64,000 bases of DNA from Octopus vulgaris (GCA_951406725.2 OX597815.1:115692001-115756000); one strand, 5' to 3'. Numbered from the stretch's first letter, positions 25,030 through 38,500 are shown. Translations and numbers: made by a program. Notes: generated by a model not told the origin, from the letters alone.

Positions 25030-25860
25030 ATTACATGGGAAAATGCAAGTAAGAGAAAAAATATTCTTATGACTATAAACATGGAAAATTACAAGACAAG
25101 TTGGAAAAGTTCATGACAACTTATTACATCTGATAAAGTACAGAACAAGAAAATTCTTACTTAGAATATTGCAGCTAAGGATAAAATTTGAATATTAAAA
25201 ATTATTTGATTTTAATTTACAAAGTAACATTATAATTAAAAAAGGTACCATCATTTTGATAAGATTTAAAAAATGAAAGCCAGAAGTACCAATATTGCTA
25301 AAGTTTTATGCAAAGTAGAATAGTATATATGGTAGGCAAATTCATTATGTAAAAAATAGGCATTGGATCAAGACTAAAAATGTGAAGACTTGGCAATAAC
25401 TTAGGCAATAACTCAAGCAAGCTTTACTGTAAATTTGTTGTTACAGGTAGATATTACTGTAATATATAACTAATTTTTGTATTATTCTATTTATTGTACT
25501 AACTATTACTTTTTATAACCTATTTTCAAATTTCTAATTATTAATTAATAATTAAAAAGATGACTATTTTAAGGTGCAAAAAATATTTTAATTAAGTTAT
25601 TTTTAATTTTTAATAGAAGTAACAAGTAATAACAAATAGAAGTAATAAGTTGTAATAAAACTTTAGTTTTAATAAAAGCTAATATTTTCTATTTGAAATT
25701 TTATCCTTAGCTGCAATATTTTAAGTATAAATTTTCTTGTTCTGTACTTTACCAGAAGTAATAAGTTGTCCTGAACTTTTCCAAGTGTAATAACTTCTGT
25801 AATTTTCCAGGTTTATAATCTTAAGAATATTATTTCTCTTGCTTGCTTTTTCCATGTAAT
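25030..25860. mobile_element. MITE-like element: ~165-bp inverted repeats around a ~500-bp AT-rich spacer
   Basis: 25030-25195 (ttacatggg...gtacagaacaagaaaatt...aatattgcagctaaggataaaattt) is the reverse complement of 25695-25860. Confidence 0.8.
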
Positions 25861-26289
25861 ATGTATATATAAAATCAATACAGACGAAAACTATAAGTGT
25901 CACTAAATATAACTAGGGTGTTAGCAATAATTACATAACTAGAAATAAGAGCTAAAATGCTCTAATGCTGTAGTCAAAGCACGTAATTGAATGCATATAT
26001 ACTGACAGGAACTATAATCACCCCAAAACACTGATTGAGAATTTGCTATATTGAACAATCAATTTCAGCAATTTCCATTGCTTCATCAGTAAGAACATTG
26101 CTCAATTTCGGCAGATTATGGACCGAATTCTCTGTCAGTATATATTTTCATCATAAAAATTTATGGATGATTTAGTGAATTGCTAATGTGTATACATAAA
26201 ATTAATATAGACAGCAGTGTGCAATGTTTTACCAAAAAGGAAAGCTGCAAGTGTCACTAAATATGATTAGGGTGTTGTGTGTGTGTGTG

Positions 26290-27428
26290 TGTGTGAACAA
26301 ACAAATCACAGAACCCTTCAGGATGATGGCCCTGCATGATATGCAGAAAATGTGTCAGGAGAAACACCATATAGTGTACCAGTACATGCTATGGACACAT
26401 AAGAGGTACAGCAGCGTCACTGGAAGACTAACAGAGAAAGTTTTCTTTACATGTGATAGATGTGCAGGTACATTAAACACTAGGAATGTACAATAAATAG
26501 ACTCCCTCAAACCTCAGGAAGAATCCTTGAATGTAGTAGGCAGTATTCATTACTTAGGTGACCAGTTTCACAGTGGTAGAAGTTGTTCCAAAAGCATAGC
26601 TGCTAGAATAAGAACAGGCTGGGCAAAGTTCAGAGGGTTACTACCTCTGTTAGTATCAAAGGGCCTCACCCCCAGACTGAATGGCAGATTGTAAGATGCC
26701 CGTGTATGAACAGCTATGCTATATGGCAAATAGACACAGGCTATGACTACTGAGGCTATGCAAAGGCTTGAAAGAAATGAAACCGTTATGTTCTGCTGAA
26801 TGAGTAATGTTGGTGGTTGTACAACAGAGTATAAGTTATTTGAAAGAAAATCTGGGGTATAAGGCATCAGATGTAGTGTGCAAGAGAGAAGACTGCACTG
26901 TTACAGTTATGTAATGTGTAGGGATAAGAACAGCTGCATTAAAAAATGCTGATCTCTAATTGTGGTGGGAATGTGTGAAAGGGGTAGACCCAGGAAGATA
27001 TGGGACGAAGCGGTGAGAAAGGATCTGCAGATGTCGGGCCTAACAGAGATAACAAGGGCAGAGACTTCTGGTGGTTTGCTGTATTTGAGAAGACACATCA
27101 AGCTAATTAAAATTGTGGTTGACCTTGCATACAGGCACGTTCTCTGCATCCCTCTTCAGCTGAGCGATCCTAATCTTGTGGGCTCATGGGTGCTGGTGCC
27201 ATATAAAAAGCACCTGTGCTGGTGCCATGTAAAAGCATCCATGCTGGTACTGCAAAAAAGCACCCAATATATTCAGTAATGTGGTTGGTGTTAGGAAGGG
27301 CACTGGTTTGTAGAAACCATGCCAAAACAGACATGGAGTCTCGGCAGCTGTTCAGCTGGTCAGCTTCTGTCAAACTGTCCAACCCATGCCAGCATGGAGA
27401 GCGAAAATTAAATGGTAATGGTGATGTT
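26290..27428 (+). mobile_element. RTE LINE 3' fragment (degenerate RT C-terminus plus 3' UTR)
   Basis: WTHKRYSSVTGRL...CDRC, IHYLGDQ, IAARIRTGWAKFRGLLPLL, RGRPRKIWDEAVRKDL; multiple stops. Confidence 0.9.
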
Positions 27429-27433
27429 GTTAA

Positions 27434-27652
27434 GGCGGTGAGCTGGCAGAATAGTTAGCACGCCGGGCTAAATGCTTAACGGAATTTCGTCTGCCGCTAC
27501 GTTCTGAGTTCAAATTCCGCCAAGGTCGACTTTGCTTTTCATCCTTTCGGGGTCGATTAAATAAGTACCAGTTGCGCACTGGGGTCGATATAATCGACTT
27601 AATCTGTTTGTCCTCTCTGTGTTTAGCCCCTTGTGGGTAGTAAAGAAATAGG
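27434..27652 (+). mobile_element. tRNA-derived SINE with conserved central domain (Meta/Nin-like)
   Basis: ggcggtgagctggcagaa A box, gagttcaaattcc B box, ggtcgactttgcttttcatcctttcggggtcgattaaataagtaccag. Confidence 0.88.
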
Positions 27653-28019
27653 TAATGGTGATGATGATGATAATGATGATGATTTATATATATATATCCT
27701 TTTATTCTTTTATTCCTTTCAACCATGCAGTTGTGGTCATGCTGGAGAACCACCAACAAACGGGAACACGAAATTCTGAGTAACAGTTTTTGCGATGTTT
27801 TTGCAGCTTTATTTATAAAGTATATATATATCATCCTCATCATCACCTGAAGATCGTACATGTGTGTGTGAAACCAATGGTAGCAGGTACAAGTCAGAAA
27901 ATATTAATTTTAAAACTATATATATATACATAACGCATATAACATATATAGTGTATATAATGTATATAGTATAATGTGTGTGAGTGTAATATACATATCA
28001 TCATCAGTACACACACACA

Positions 28020-28329
28020 AATTTGGAAAGAAAATCCCATCGCATTTCAAGATAGGAAAGAAACTGTTTCTTTGGTCTCAATAAATTTAATCATGATAAT
28101 ATTTTCCCTCATTATTGATAACATAATCCCATATGTTTGGCAAATTGTTAATTCCCTGGGCATAAAATTCTTCAGGCTCAGGTTTAGAAGCACAGAAACA
28201 CTCAATATTGTTTTTAACCTCTTCATAATTAATAAACTGTTTTCACTCTAAATAATGTTGTAAAGATCTGAAAAGATGATAGCCAGGTGAAGCAATGTCA
28301 TGAGAGTACGGAGGATGAAGCAAAACTTT
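28020..28329 (-). mobile_element. mariner transposase C-terminal pseudogene fragment plus right end
   Basis: 28329-28087 reads KVLLHPPYSHDIASPGYHLFRSLQHYLE*KQFINYEEVKNNIECFCASKPEPEEFYAQGINNLPNIWDYVINNEGKYYHD*, matching the HPPYSPDLAPSDYHLF motif; not in the ORF track. Confidence 0.92.
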
Positions 28330-28594
28330 CATATTTAATGCCATACTCTTTTCCTGAGTGACTTGGTGATATGTGATCTGGTAAAGTGATAGTATGTTGA
28401 CGACTTAATGTGACAGACCCATAAAAGGGAAGAATACTACTGTTATTTAGCCCCAGGAAACACCGTTTCCTGTTGGACTTGACACATTTCGTGTGTCCTA
28501 ATGTTTTCAAAGTGGAAGCACCTCCACCCAGCAATCCAGCATCCAGAAACTAGTTTCAGAGTCATTGCTCATCACCCATCTAGAGTAGCATGGC

Positions 28595-28992
28595 TTGATA
28601 GCTGAAATTTTTATTAGGACAAAAAATGTCATACACAGATGGTACAATACAGGACAATACAAACAAAAAAAAATGTTATAATGAGTTCAAATGATGCTTT
28701 GTTTTTTTTAATTTAAAATCTTTTTCCTTTTGGGAAAGGGATTATTCCAGGTTGCCTCAAAGGCCCAGTGACTACCCCTTTCCTTTTTTTCCCAGTGCAG
28801 ATTAAGTAGGGTTACTTGCACCCACCTTTCTTAACACAGCCTTCCATCTTTCCTCAAACACACTTCATGACAGGATCCTCTTCTCCAGCCCTATCTTGCT
28901 CTTCAGATGATATCTGAAGAATTGTAGCAAACCAGGGCCAGAGATGAAGGATCCCATCACGAGTCCTTGCATTTTAGTCTTCCACACAAATT
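28595..28992 (-). mobile_element. Tx1/L1-like LINE 3' end
   Basis: FVWKTKMQGLVMGSFISGPGLLQFFRYHLKSKIGLEKRILS*SVFEERWK resembles the Tx1 ORF2 C-terminus (WxxR...E...F...W); T-rich UTR and AATAAA near 28610. Confidence 0.65.
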
Positions 28993-28994
28993 CT

Positions 28995-29418
28995 TAGTGG
29001 CTGCCTGCTTGTGGCCATGACTGTAGTTGGTCTCTGTTCACTGACTTTGCCTTACCAAATTCTAGCATTTATAACTATCCAAAACTAGTTAGTAAGATAA
29101 ACATATAGTTGAGAACAATAGATTTCGTTGGTGGTACCTGTTATCTCAATTCAATTCTAAATTTTGATGGCTTAGAAGAGGTTAGAAGTATCAAGTGTCA
29201 AAGACACTTGATCCTTATTTTTCTGTGAGTGACAGCAGTTACATTAGATGCCTTCGCTAAGCAGAATAAAGTGTCATTATTCTGCTTAGCAAATGTATCT
29301 GACACTGCTGTCACTCACAGAAAACTATTGTTTTACCATGAGAAAAGTGCTGTTGAACTCTTAAGTAAACCTTGGCAATTGAGGATCGAATCCATGCTAT
29401 GCCTGCATGAAGCCACTA
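28995..29418. repeat. Copy 1 of a ~360-bp dispersed repeat with short terminal inverted repeats (TAGTGGCT...AGCCACTA) and a ~60-bp internal fold-back insertion
   Basis: Aligns over its full length to 29957-30318. Confidence 0.9.
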
Positions 29419-29956
29419 CATCACTCCCCTCCAGAGAGGTTCCAGGAAAAGGAAACGAACAATTGAGGAAGAGAAAGAAATGCGTGGCTGAGGAAAAATT
29501 TTGCAAATCAGGAGAGAGGATCATTGCAGTGTATACAGGACAATTTTCTATTTTGATAAGTCCGAATAGCGGTGTCACTTTGTGTGCCAAAATGTGTGCA
29601 GTCAGTGACTGGGCAGTACGGAAAATGAGTTAGTGCATACATGCACATGAGAGCATATACACAAGTGCCAGTGCACATATTAAAATTCACTGAAAAATAA
29701 GTTCAGGTGAGCGAGTGAGTGTATTTGCAATCCATGATATCGAAGATCTTCCTACTGGATTGTAGTGTGTGAAGTGCCTTGAAGAGTTAATTTCAGCTGG
29801 TATGTGTGTACACGTTCTCGCAGTAGTAAACCATAGATAGTGATAGAATGATGTAATAGAAAAGAAATTGAGCAAGTGAAAGTTATAGAGTCAGGGGATG
29901 TTGTGTCTCATAGTTGGCTGATTGTAACCTTCTTTCCCCTTCTAGCCATTTGTCTT

Positions 29957-30318
29957 TAGTGGCTGCTTGCTTGTGGCCATGACTCTAGTTGGTCTCTGTT
30001 CACTAACTTTGCCTTACCAAATTCTACCATTTATCACTATCCAAAACTAGTTAGAAAGATAAACATATTGTTGAGAACAATAGATTTCGTTGGTGGTACC
30101 TGTTATCTCAATTCAATTCTAAATTTTGGTAGCCTAGAAGAGGTTAGAAGAGTCAAGTGTCAAAGACATTATTCTGCTTAACGAAGGCATCTGGCAAATG
30201 TAACTGCTGTCACTCACAGAAAACCTATTGTTTTACCATGAGAAAAGTGCTGTTGAATTCTTAACTGAACTTTGGCGATTGAGGATCGAATCCATGTCAT
30301 ACCTGCATGAAGCCACCA
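29957..30318. repeat. Copy 2 of the same repeat, without the fold-back
   Basis: Direct repeat of 28995-29418. Confidence 0.9.
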
Positions 30319-30639
30319 TATATTTACAATAGGATAATCATGGCCGGAACGCCTCAATTGGGACTAACTTAGTGGGGATAAACAACATTAACAGCTACAC
30401 AAGCACACATATTATAAGTAACTCAGGTAATGGATTAAAAGGAAAATACTTTTTAGATATTTGTCTGTACACTGGCACGACTACGAACACAAATATGCTT
30501 TGGGGGAGTGTGGATGCCTTTTTATTTTTTATATCTTGTTTTTACTCACTTTTACAATTATTGTACATTTACATTTGTGAAGTGTGTTCTCTTGCAGTTT
30601 GATAATTAAAAAAAAATATTTATAAGCAATGCATAATTT

Positions 30640-30823
30640 CAGAAATTTCAGGGGAAATAACTCTTTAATACTCGACATGAATTTTCTTCGTGCTGTGTGC
30701 GCGCCTATAACATGATGCACTCAATATGCGACAAATTTGTCATTTAGGTTCTTATTAGTAAGCACGTTAAACTCCCTCCGTTGCATGAACCGATAGGGTC
30801 TTATGCGGTGCGTTAAGGGTTAA
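30640..30823. mobile_element. Possible piggyBac-type right terminus
   Basis: CpG-rich stretch ending gcgttaaGGG|TTAA; no matching left end found. Confidence 0.35.
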
Positions 30824-30834
30824 ACCGAAATATG

Positions 30835-31410
30835 GTGGTTGTTATCTAAACGACTTTAGATCAGTTTTGATCAAGCAGAATCAAGAACAAAAGGTATTAC
30901 GCTTTGATATTTTTGAATACAATGTATCTAGGATCATATTATGAAACGTGATGTTCTTTTAAAGACAGTAAAGGTTTGATCTGCGGAAAATTTAGCTGCT
31001 ATTTCTAGAAGGCGACTTTGAGGTTGTGCATGTATGTTGTTTAGCCCCAGACCAGCTCTGAACAAGTAGACTCATGATTATAAGACACTCCAGCAGTGAC
31101 CATCGCTTCTGTTTTGCAGACAGCATGTGTGTTAGATCCAATGTATTCCTTTTATAAATTGTGATTTGAAGGATATTAAGCTGCAATTTCTAGCAGGGAG
31201 ATCGACTCTTTAAGAGATTGTTGTTTAGCCTTGATCAAACAAATGTACGTTTGCAAGCACACCAGCATTGTTCATTCGATCTTTTATTCAAACACGGTAT
31301 ACCTAAGAGTATATTATCTAATGTGTCCATTTTTAAAATGACTGCAGAGTGCGATTTCAATAAGATTTGGCAGCGATTTCTAGCAGTTCGAGCGATTGCA
31401 TGTTTCCTAG
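30835..31410 (+). repeat. About three degenerate tandem copies of a ~190-bp repeat
   Basis: Recurring gctgctatttctag and ttgtttagcc motifs near 30995, 31180 and 31370. Confidence 0.6.
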
Positions 31411-31848
31411 ATGACAGAGGATGTAAACAATTTATTTGCCTGCAAAAAAATAACTGTTCTTGTGTCTTTTCAAAAGAAGTCACTTCAACATATTTAACCT
31501 TTGATGTTTATTTTTATTTAAAAAAATTTTTTTTTGAGGTTAAGATTATTCGTGAGTAATTCACAGGTGTTTTCAAACCAATACTCATGAAATTATAGAA
31601 ATCTGACACGCAAGATTTTGCTCAATGTTATTTTTATTTAATTCAAATTCAAGTTTTAACAGTAGTATAAATATAACTGGAGTGCTCTCCCTTAGTTTAC
31701 GAGACAGCATGTGATAAAAAGCTTTTTCTTGTCGACAAGAGTGACAAGTATTTTAAATTTCTTAGCTAATTCTTCAATCTACTCTAAGTATTTTAGACAA
31801 AGGACGGCGATCTTTCGTTACAAGAACACATGACTGCTAGTTACAAAC

Positions 31849-32541
31849 CACGTGTGTTCATTTACATTTTTGAAGATTCTCGTCGATTTCCGTAAAATTA
31901 AAAAAAAATTTTTTTACATATGGGGTTGGGGGGAAATGAGATCTTTTGAAGTCGGCGTGAAAGCGAAAGACAGAAGCGCGCGATTGTATGAGGGAAGTTC
32001 TTTTGAAGTTGGCGTGAATCGGAAGAATTGATGTGCGTGTGTGCGAGAGAGAGAGGGAGATTGTGCTTTTGAGTCTGTGTTTGTGTGCAAAATTGACTGT
32101 GAGTCGGTTTATGTGTGTACACGCGTGTATGTGTGCGTGTGCGCGCGTAAAATTCTGACTGTGCTTGTATGTCGCTGTGTGTGTGTGTGTATGCAAAACG
32201 AAAATAAAATGAAAGATTTTAAGTTCCAAACGTCTCTGCATCCAAGAGCTTCCTGATTCATACTAACAGGAATTGAATTTCGGGTCTGTATTTATATAAT
32301 ACATTTCAAAACAAATAATATAAACATAAAAAATAAACCGAGAGAAAGAAAAAGTCAGCAGCAGGAACAAAAGCACTCACACAGACGGAACGCCAACTTC
32401 AAAAGAACTTTTCCGATCCAATCGCGCTGTCTCGCTTTTACGCCGACTTGAAAAGATACCCTTCCCCCCACCCCACATATAAAAAAAAAAATAATTTTAC
32501 GGAAAGCGACGATCTTCTTCAAATGTAAACAAACGCACGTG
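31849..32541. mobile_element. MITE/foldback element with ~160-bp terminal inverted repeats
   Basis: 31849-32017 (cacgtgtgttcatttacattt...ccgtaaaatt...gaagtcggcgt...aagttcttttgaagttggcgt) mirrors 32389-32541. Confidence 0.88.
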
Positions 32542-32569
32542 CGCCAGTTTGACAGTAACGGTACTCATA

Positions 32570-32915
32570 CCGTAATCTAAGTTTGCTTCTCAAACCGCTG
32601 TGTGGTACCTTGGGCATATGTATCTTCTACTCTAGTCTTGGGCTGACCAATGCCTTGTGAGTAGATTTGGTAGACAGAAACTGAAAGAAGCCTGTTGTGT
32701 ATATCTATGTGTGTGTGTCTTTGTCCTCCACCACTGCTTGATGATCAGAGTTGGTGTGTTTATGTCCCTATAACTTAGCAGTTCAGCAAAATAGACTGAC
32801 AGAATAAGTACCAGACTTAAGAGAAAAAAAGTAAGTACTGGGGTGAATTAATTCAACTAAAATTCCTCAAGGCAGTGTCCCAGTATGGCCAAAGTTTAAC
32901 GACTGAGACAAGTAA
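32570..32915 (+). mobile_element. tRNA-derived SINE (OR-type), degenerate
   Basis: Similar to 63524-63950. Confidence 0.82.
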
Positions 32916-34380
32916 ATGGTAAAAGTATTAATGAATGTTAATTGGTTCCACAAATTCAATTATTTGAATTATTTTTATGTTGGATTTCTTGATGCAGTTA
33001 GTAGCAGCTTTGGCTTTATATTGCATATGGATTTTCAATTGAATGCTCTTTCAGTCTCAGATATGCTGTATTCATGCAAGTTCAGTTTTTATCATAAAAG
33101 CACTAGAAATATTCTTTTATGAGACTTGTATTATCACATCCTCAAACAATGCATTAAGCAGGAGTTGACCATATGAAGTGGGCCCATAGGTCCAGCAAAT
33201 CAACTATTTTATGAACACATTTTAAGAACAACTAAAAAAACAACAATAAACACTTGAATATTGAAACAACTAAATATATTTCCAATTATTTTAGATTTAA
33301 TATGAGAGAGAGAGGCAACAGTTTTTTAACAAGTGTTACAAAATATTTCTAATTCAAAATTGACATGGAAATGTTAAGGAATTTGATTTGATATTCCTTT
33401 GGGCAAATAGAACAAGATGGAAAATTTAAATCAATCTTAACATGTATTTTCAAAGAGTGACATGATTACAGAGCAGAATATTATTTCAACCCCTTCCCTG
33501 TACACTCCATATGTTAGCATTCATGTCTTCAAACCTTAGATGTAACAAGACAAGACAAGAAATGGCTTCAATATGTTCCATGCCATGAGTTTTCTTATAT
33601 TTACTGGGATTCCAGATAAATAAATAGGAGGGCAGAAGCAGATTAGGTTTTTGAAAATGTGATTATATGTATAAAAAAAATATTTCTATCAACAAATGAA
33701 AAATTTTCTAAAATCTATGCAATGAAGAATTTTGAACATTTTGCTCAATTATCATGTAAATTTGCTTAAATTCCCTTTATGACAAAGGAAAGAGACTGAA
33801 ATAAAATAAAAATTTCAAGTACAAGAATGATACTTCTAATCAATCTAAAATGTATACAATTTTTTTTTTTAATTGCCATTATTGCTTAGTTTAAAACACT
33901 ATTTTGGGAACATTAAAAATATTTAATATGTATTTTAATAGGAAGTTAAAAAATATAGAATTTTGAGATAGAATGTAAGAAAGAAGAATAGAGGATGGAG
34001 GGAGAAACAACCATCATAACATACATGACAATGTTGCATAACTCATTCTTGGGTCCTGTCAGCAGCCACTCACAAAAATGTGGCTTAAGTCAGTCAGTCT
34101 CACTTTCTCTGTCTTTCTCTCACACATACATTAATAGAATTTTAATTTATGGCTTAGTAGCAATGATTTTATACTGGCAAATAAGCTAATAATTATTCAA
34201 CTAAGAAACACAAATGACTTTCTGCCAGCATGCCATGGCAGCAGGAATGTCATTCATGTTTTGTAGATGACTGACAACTGGCTCGTTTGCTAGTATGGTT
34301 CCATTAGTAGAAGGCTATTAATTAAAATTCCATTAAAAAATATATTATCCACCTTTCTGGTGGTGAGCATTCCTTTTTCA

Positions 34381-34421
<41 letters not shown>

Positions 34422-35513
34422 GTTCAGAAAGTAATATATGGTAGTAATCTGAAAGTATATTTCACTATTTGCTTTTTGGTGAACTAATTCTTGTCACAGA
34501 ACACTACTAGCTTTTTGGGCTTCTGTGATTATATATAAATCATTCCCTAGACTGTATTAAATATCTATGTTTAAATTAGAATGGGCTTCAGTTTTATTAT
34601 TATAATTAATTTCAAATATAATAGAATCAAATTCAAACTTTATGACAAGGCTCAAAAAAGAGGGAGAAACTATTTGTTGAAAATTAGACTAATTTGGCAT
34701 GGTTCAAGATTATTAAAAATATATGATCAGTTTATTTTACAACAATTCTTTTCAATCAGGGATTTTTACAAAATGAAAGTTTAATGTTAAACAAAAAAAA
34801 AAGACATATCAACAGGCAATAAACATATCCTTCAGTAGCTGTAGTAGAAAGGAGACAAAGCAGACGAAAGAAGAAGAGAATAGATAAAATTAAGCAAGTG
34901 AAGAAAGAGAGAGAAAGAGATAAAAAGAGGTGAGGAGAGACAAAAAATGTGACAGAGAAAGCAAAGGTGCTGAAAGCAGAGATATAGATGAGGAAAGGGG
35001 AGGAGGACAACTTTATATTTGGCAAAATTTAGACATTGTTGAAACTTTTAGAGAGAAATAGTAATTGGTGAAAAAGCAGAGTAAACTTGCTAAAATAATA
35101 ATGCAATAATCAAATTTGTTAAAAACTCTCTCAAGTTGAAGAAAATCTTAATATGCCAAATATTGTAATAGATATAGGGATGTTCACAAAGAAATAGAAA
35201 ATACAAAAATAAGAGAAAAAAGTAAAAAGCAATTACAACAATAAAGCTGTTTCTCCACCAACACAAACTATCATGAAGACACTGTGTTGAAATGAGTAAA
35301 TAGAAAAGCATATAAGTAAGATGATTGCATTGTACTTGATAATGGTACTTAGTTTGAGGTATGTATGTATGCTTTACCTATCCATTCAGCATCCTGCACG
35401 CACTCGCCTACACACACATACACATTTGCAAGCACATATACACATTCACCAATTTAGAAAATGAAAAAAGCAAATATAGAAAATACTACTTCAAAATTTT
35501 TTATAAAATATAT

Positions 35514-35544
<31 letters not shown>

Positions 35545-38500
35545 GTGTAGGAGAACCAAAGATTTTAAGAAACTGATAAAATAAATATAATTAGCTGAGA
35601 CAGGTGATGAGGAAGTTGAAAATTATAAACAATGCAGAACTTTTTTTCTTCTCTGATTTATTGATAAAAAAATCATTGGCAACAACAACAACAGTAATAA
35701 CAAGAATCTTTTCATATGAAAAGTCAATAAGTTATACCTATATACAATTGAAACAGAGACCTCTCCAACTTGAACATAAGCAAACAAAAATGGATCAGAT
35801 ACAATTGTGGCTGAAATATTTACACACACACACATATATATATATAACATTATAAGAAGGTAAAAAAAGAAAAGAAAAAGAAATGTATATATAGCATCAT
35901 ACAATATGCAGGCGAGAGATTGGAGACATCTATAAAGAACATCATTTATTGATATCAAAATGTAGCAAAAGTTGGTAGGGCTGCATTGAAAAATTGCGAC
36001 TGATCCATAATGCCAACCAGTTTTCGTCAGTAAATCAAAGAACTAAACAGTCAGCATCACAAATCTGTTACTAGCTAAAGCTTGGAGTTGATGTGCATTA
36101 AGAAAGCAAAACAGAAATGAACATTCTTTTCAGTCAAAGAAGAATTATGGGGTGGTAGATTGCAGGTTACAATTATTATAGAAATAAATCAAAATTTTTG
36201 TAAGATAAAAAAAAAAAAGGGAGGATCTTTTTATAAATAAGACATCAAAAGGAAATCTGCCCGACTCATCATTTGGGTATGGATTCTTTACTTTATCCCT
36301 ATGCAACAGGCCCACCCTCCCACCAAGAAAGATATGCAATTAAACCATACGAAACATTGATATCTAAATGACAGAGGATGAGCATAAAGAAATTTTTTTT
36401 TAGTAAATACAAAATGTTACTGTGTAGAAGAATATAAAATAAAAGAGGACATGATGAATAATAAATAATATTTGTGTTTACATTTTAAACAAAAATGAAG
36501 CATGTAGATATGAAAGATAATAAAAAAGTTAATAAATAAATTAATGAAATCTATGAAATAGTTTCATCAAACTAAACCCCTACACAGTTACATTTTGATT
36601 CATATTATTATAACTATCAGTTTATACACAAATCACAGTCATAGACACATACACACAGTTAGTTGTCTTTTAGGAGAAATAAAAACCAAACCAAATTGTT
36701 ACATAATTGCACTAATCTCTGATTAACGTAACTCTTAATAAATTAACTTCATTTAAAATTGCTCAGAAGTATAAACTGAAAATATACACACTTGCATTAT
36801 TATTGGTCCACTTGAAAAAATGCATGTTAAACTAAAAATTCCTGAAAATTTAGAAAATACAAAATCCTTACATAATGCCATCTTTATCATTTAAAAGACA
36901 AATAAATTGGTAATTCTAGTATTCTATCATGTACAAGTAATCTGAATGACATAATTTAAAAGACAGAGTAGTTACTGCTTTGAAGGATCTACATAAACCT
37001 AACACAGACAAATAAACCCAAATTTCCAAAGATTAAGACAGTTACTTGGTCATCTAGTGCAACCTCAAATATTACTATGTATTCAGATAAGTTTTCCAAC
37101 ATAGTTGTAGTGCACCTGAGCACTGTACACAATTATTATTATTATTATTATAATCGAGTTACTTATCAGCTTAATCTGAGGCTACTCTATTTCTGGTAAC
37201 TGCAGACAGTTTAGTCCTTTTCTTCTCTTTGCATGGTTTGTTTTGTCCTATCTTTGTAAAATTTTAACAAGATCAGTTTGAGGACACTCAGCCTTGAATT
37301 TTATCACACTGTTGATCGGCATGTTAATTACCACAACAAGACTATAATTGAAGTAGCAATAACATTTGTTTGCATTTGTTTTTACAAAAACCTTTATTTT
37401 TTCTTACTTTAATAAACATGGTAATTTCTTTTGGAATTGACTCCCTTCCTTTTAATGTAAAAATGCAGAAACCATGTTGAGAGATTAGTCTTTGTTATAC
37501 AGTTAAGTTGTCAAGAAAATTGTGGCATAAACTCAGAAATGAGTAACTGTTAGTCACAGTAAATATATTAAGCTGTATATTTACAATATAAAAACCTTGG
37601 TTTTACAATTAGTTGAACAATAATGGTAGCATGCAGCCATAATTGCTCAGATTCTAAGCTGTAGATTTTCATACATTTAAAAATTATTCCCATCGTTGCA
37701 ATTTTTACCAATAATAAATATCACAACAATATCTTGCTGGGAAGTCAGTAATATTCTAACTCCCCCTTTCTTTTTCTATATTAGCCGCCTTCAACAAAGG
37801 TTTTGTTTCAGAGATAGTTACAATAGGTATGGTTACTGAGTCAATTGTCAAAATGTTATGTCAGAATATTTTCTGCTGCTAAGAAACCAAAATTCTTTTT
37901 GCACCACTGGTATAAAATCTATCTATATGTATAGATATCATGATTACATAGCAGATAGTAGAATAATGGTAGTACTTAGCTGTAATGAGACAAGCTTTGA
38001 TATATTGTAGGTTTTGAGACATTTAAAACTGTCAATATTGTTGCAGAATTCATCAAGACATTGCAATAACAAACACTACAGCAACTTTGTTTTACTTTGA
38101 CCCTATTTTTAACTTAAGGCAAAGGCTTTGTCAAAAATAGAGTTAATTCCTTTATTATTCAACTCACAATAACAACCACAGCAGTAAACCGTCAGGTATT
38201 AAGAAATAGTAACCATACCCACTGCTAGAATCACTTTTAATAGGTATAGTAACTGTTTCCATTGTATAGAGGTTATTTCACAGAACATTTTTTATCTGTT
38301 GAAATAACATCAAATCTCTCTTTCCATTATTAGATATTTTACATACATACACACACACGTGAACATATATTTTGTTTTTGTATTTGGTTTGCAAGATTCT
38401 TGATGTGAACTCATGTATTTAAACAAATTTTGTATCTCAAGAAGGTCATTATGCCAAAAATAACCACATACACACACTGGTTCTAATTCATTTCTTTTAT

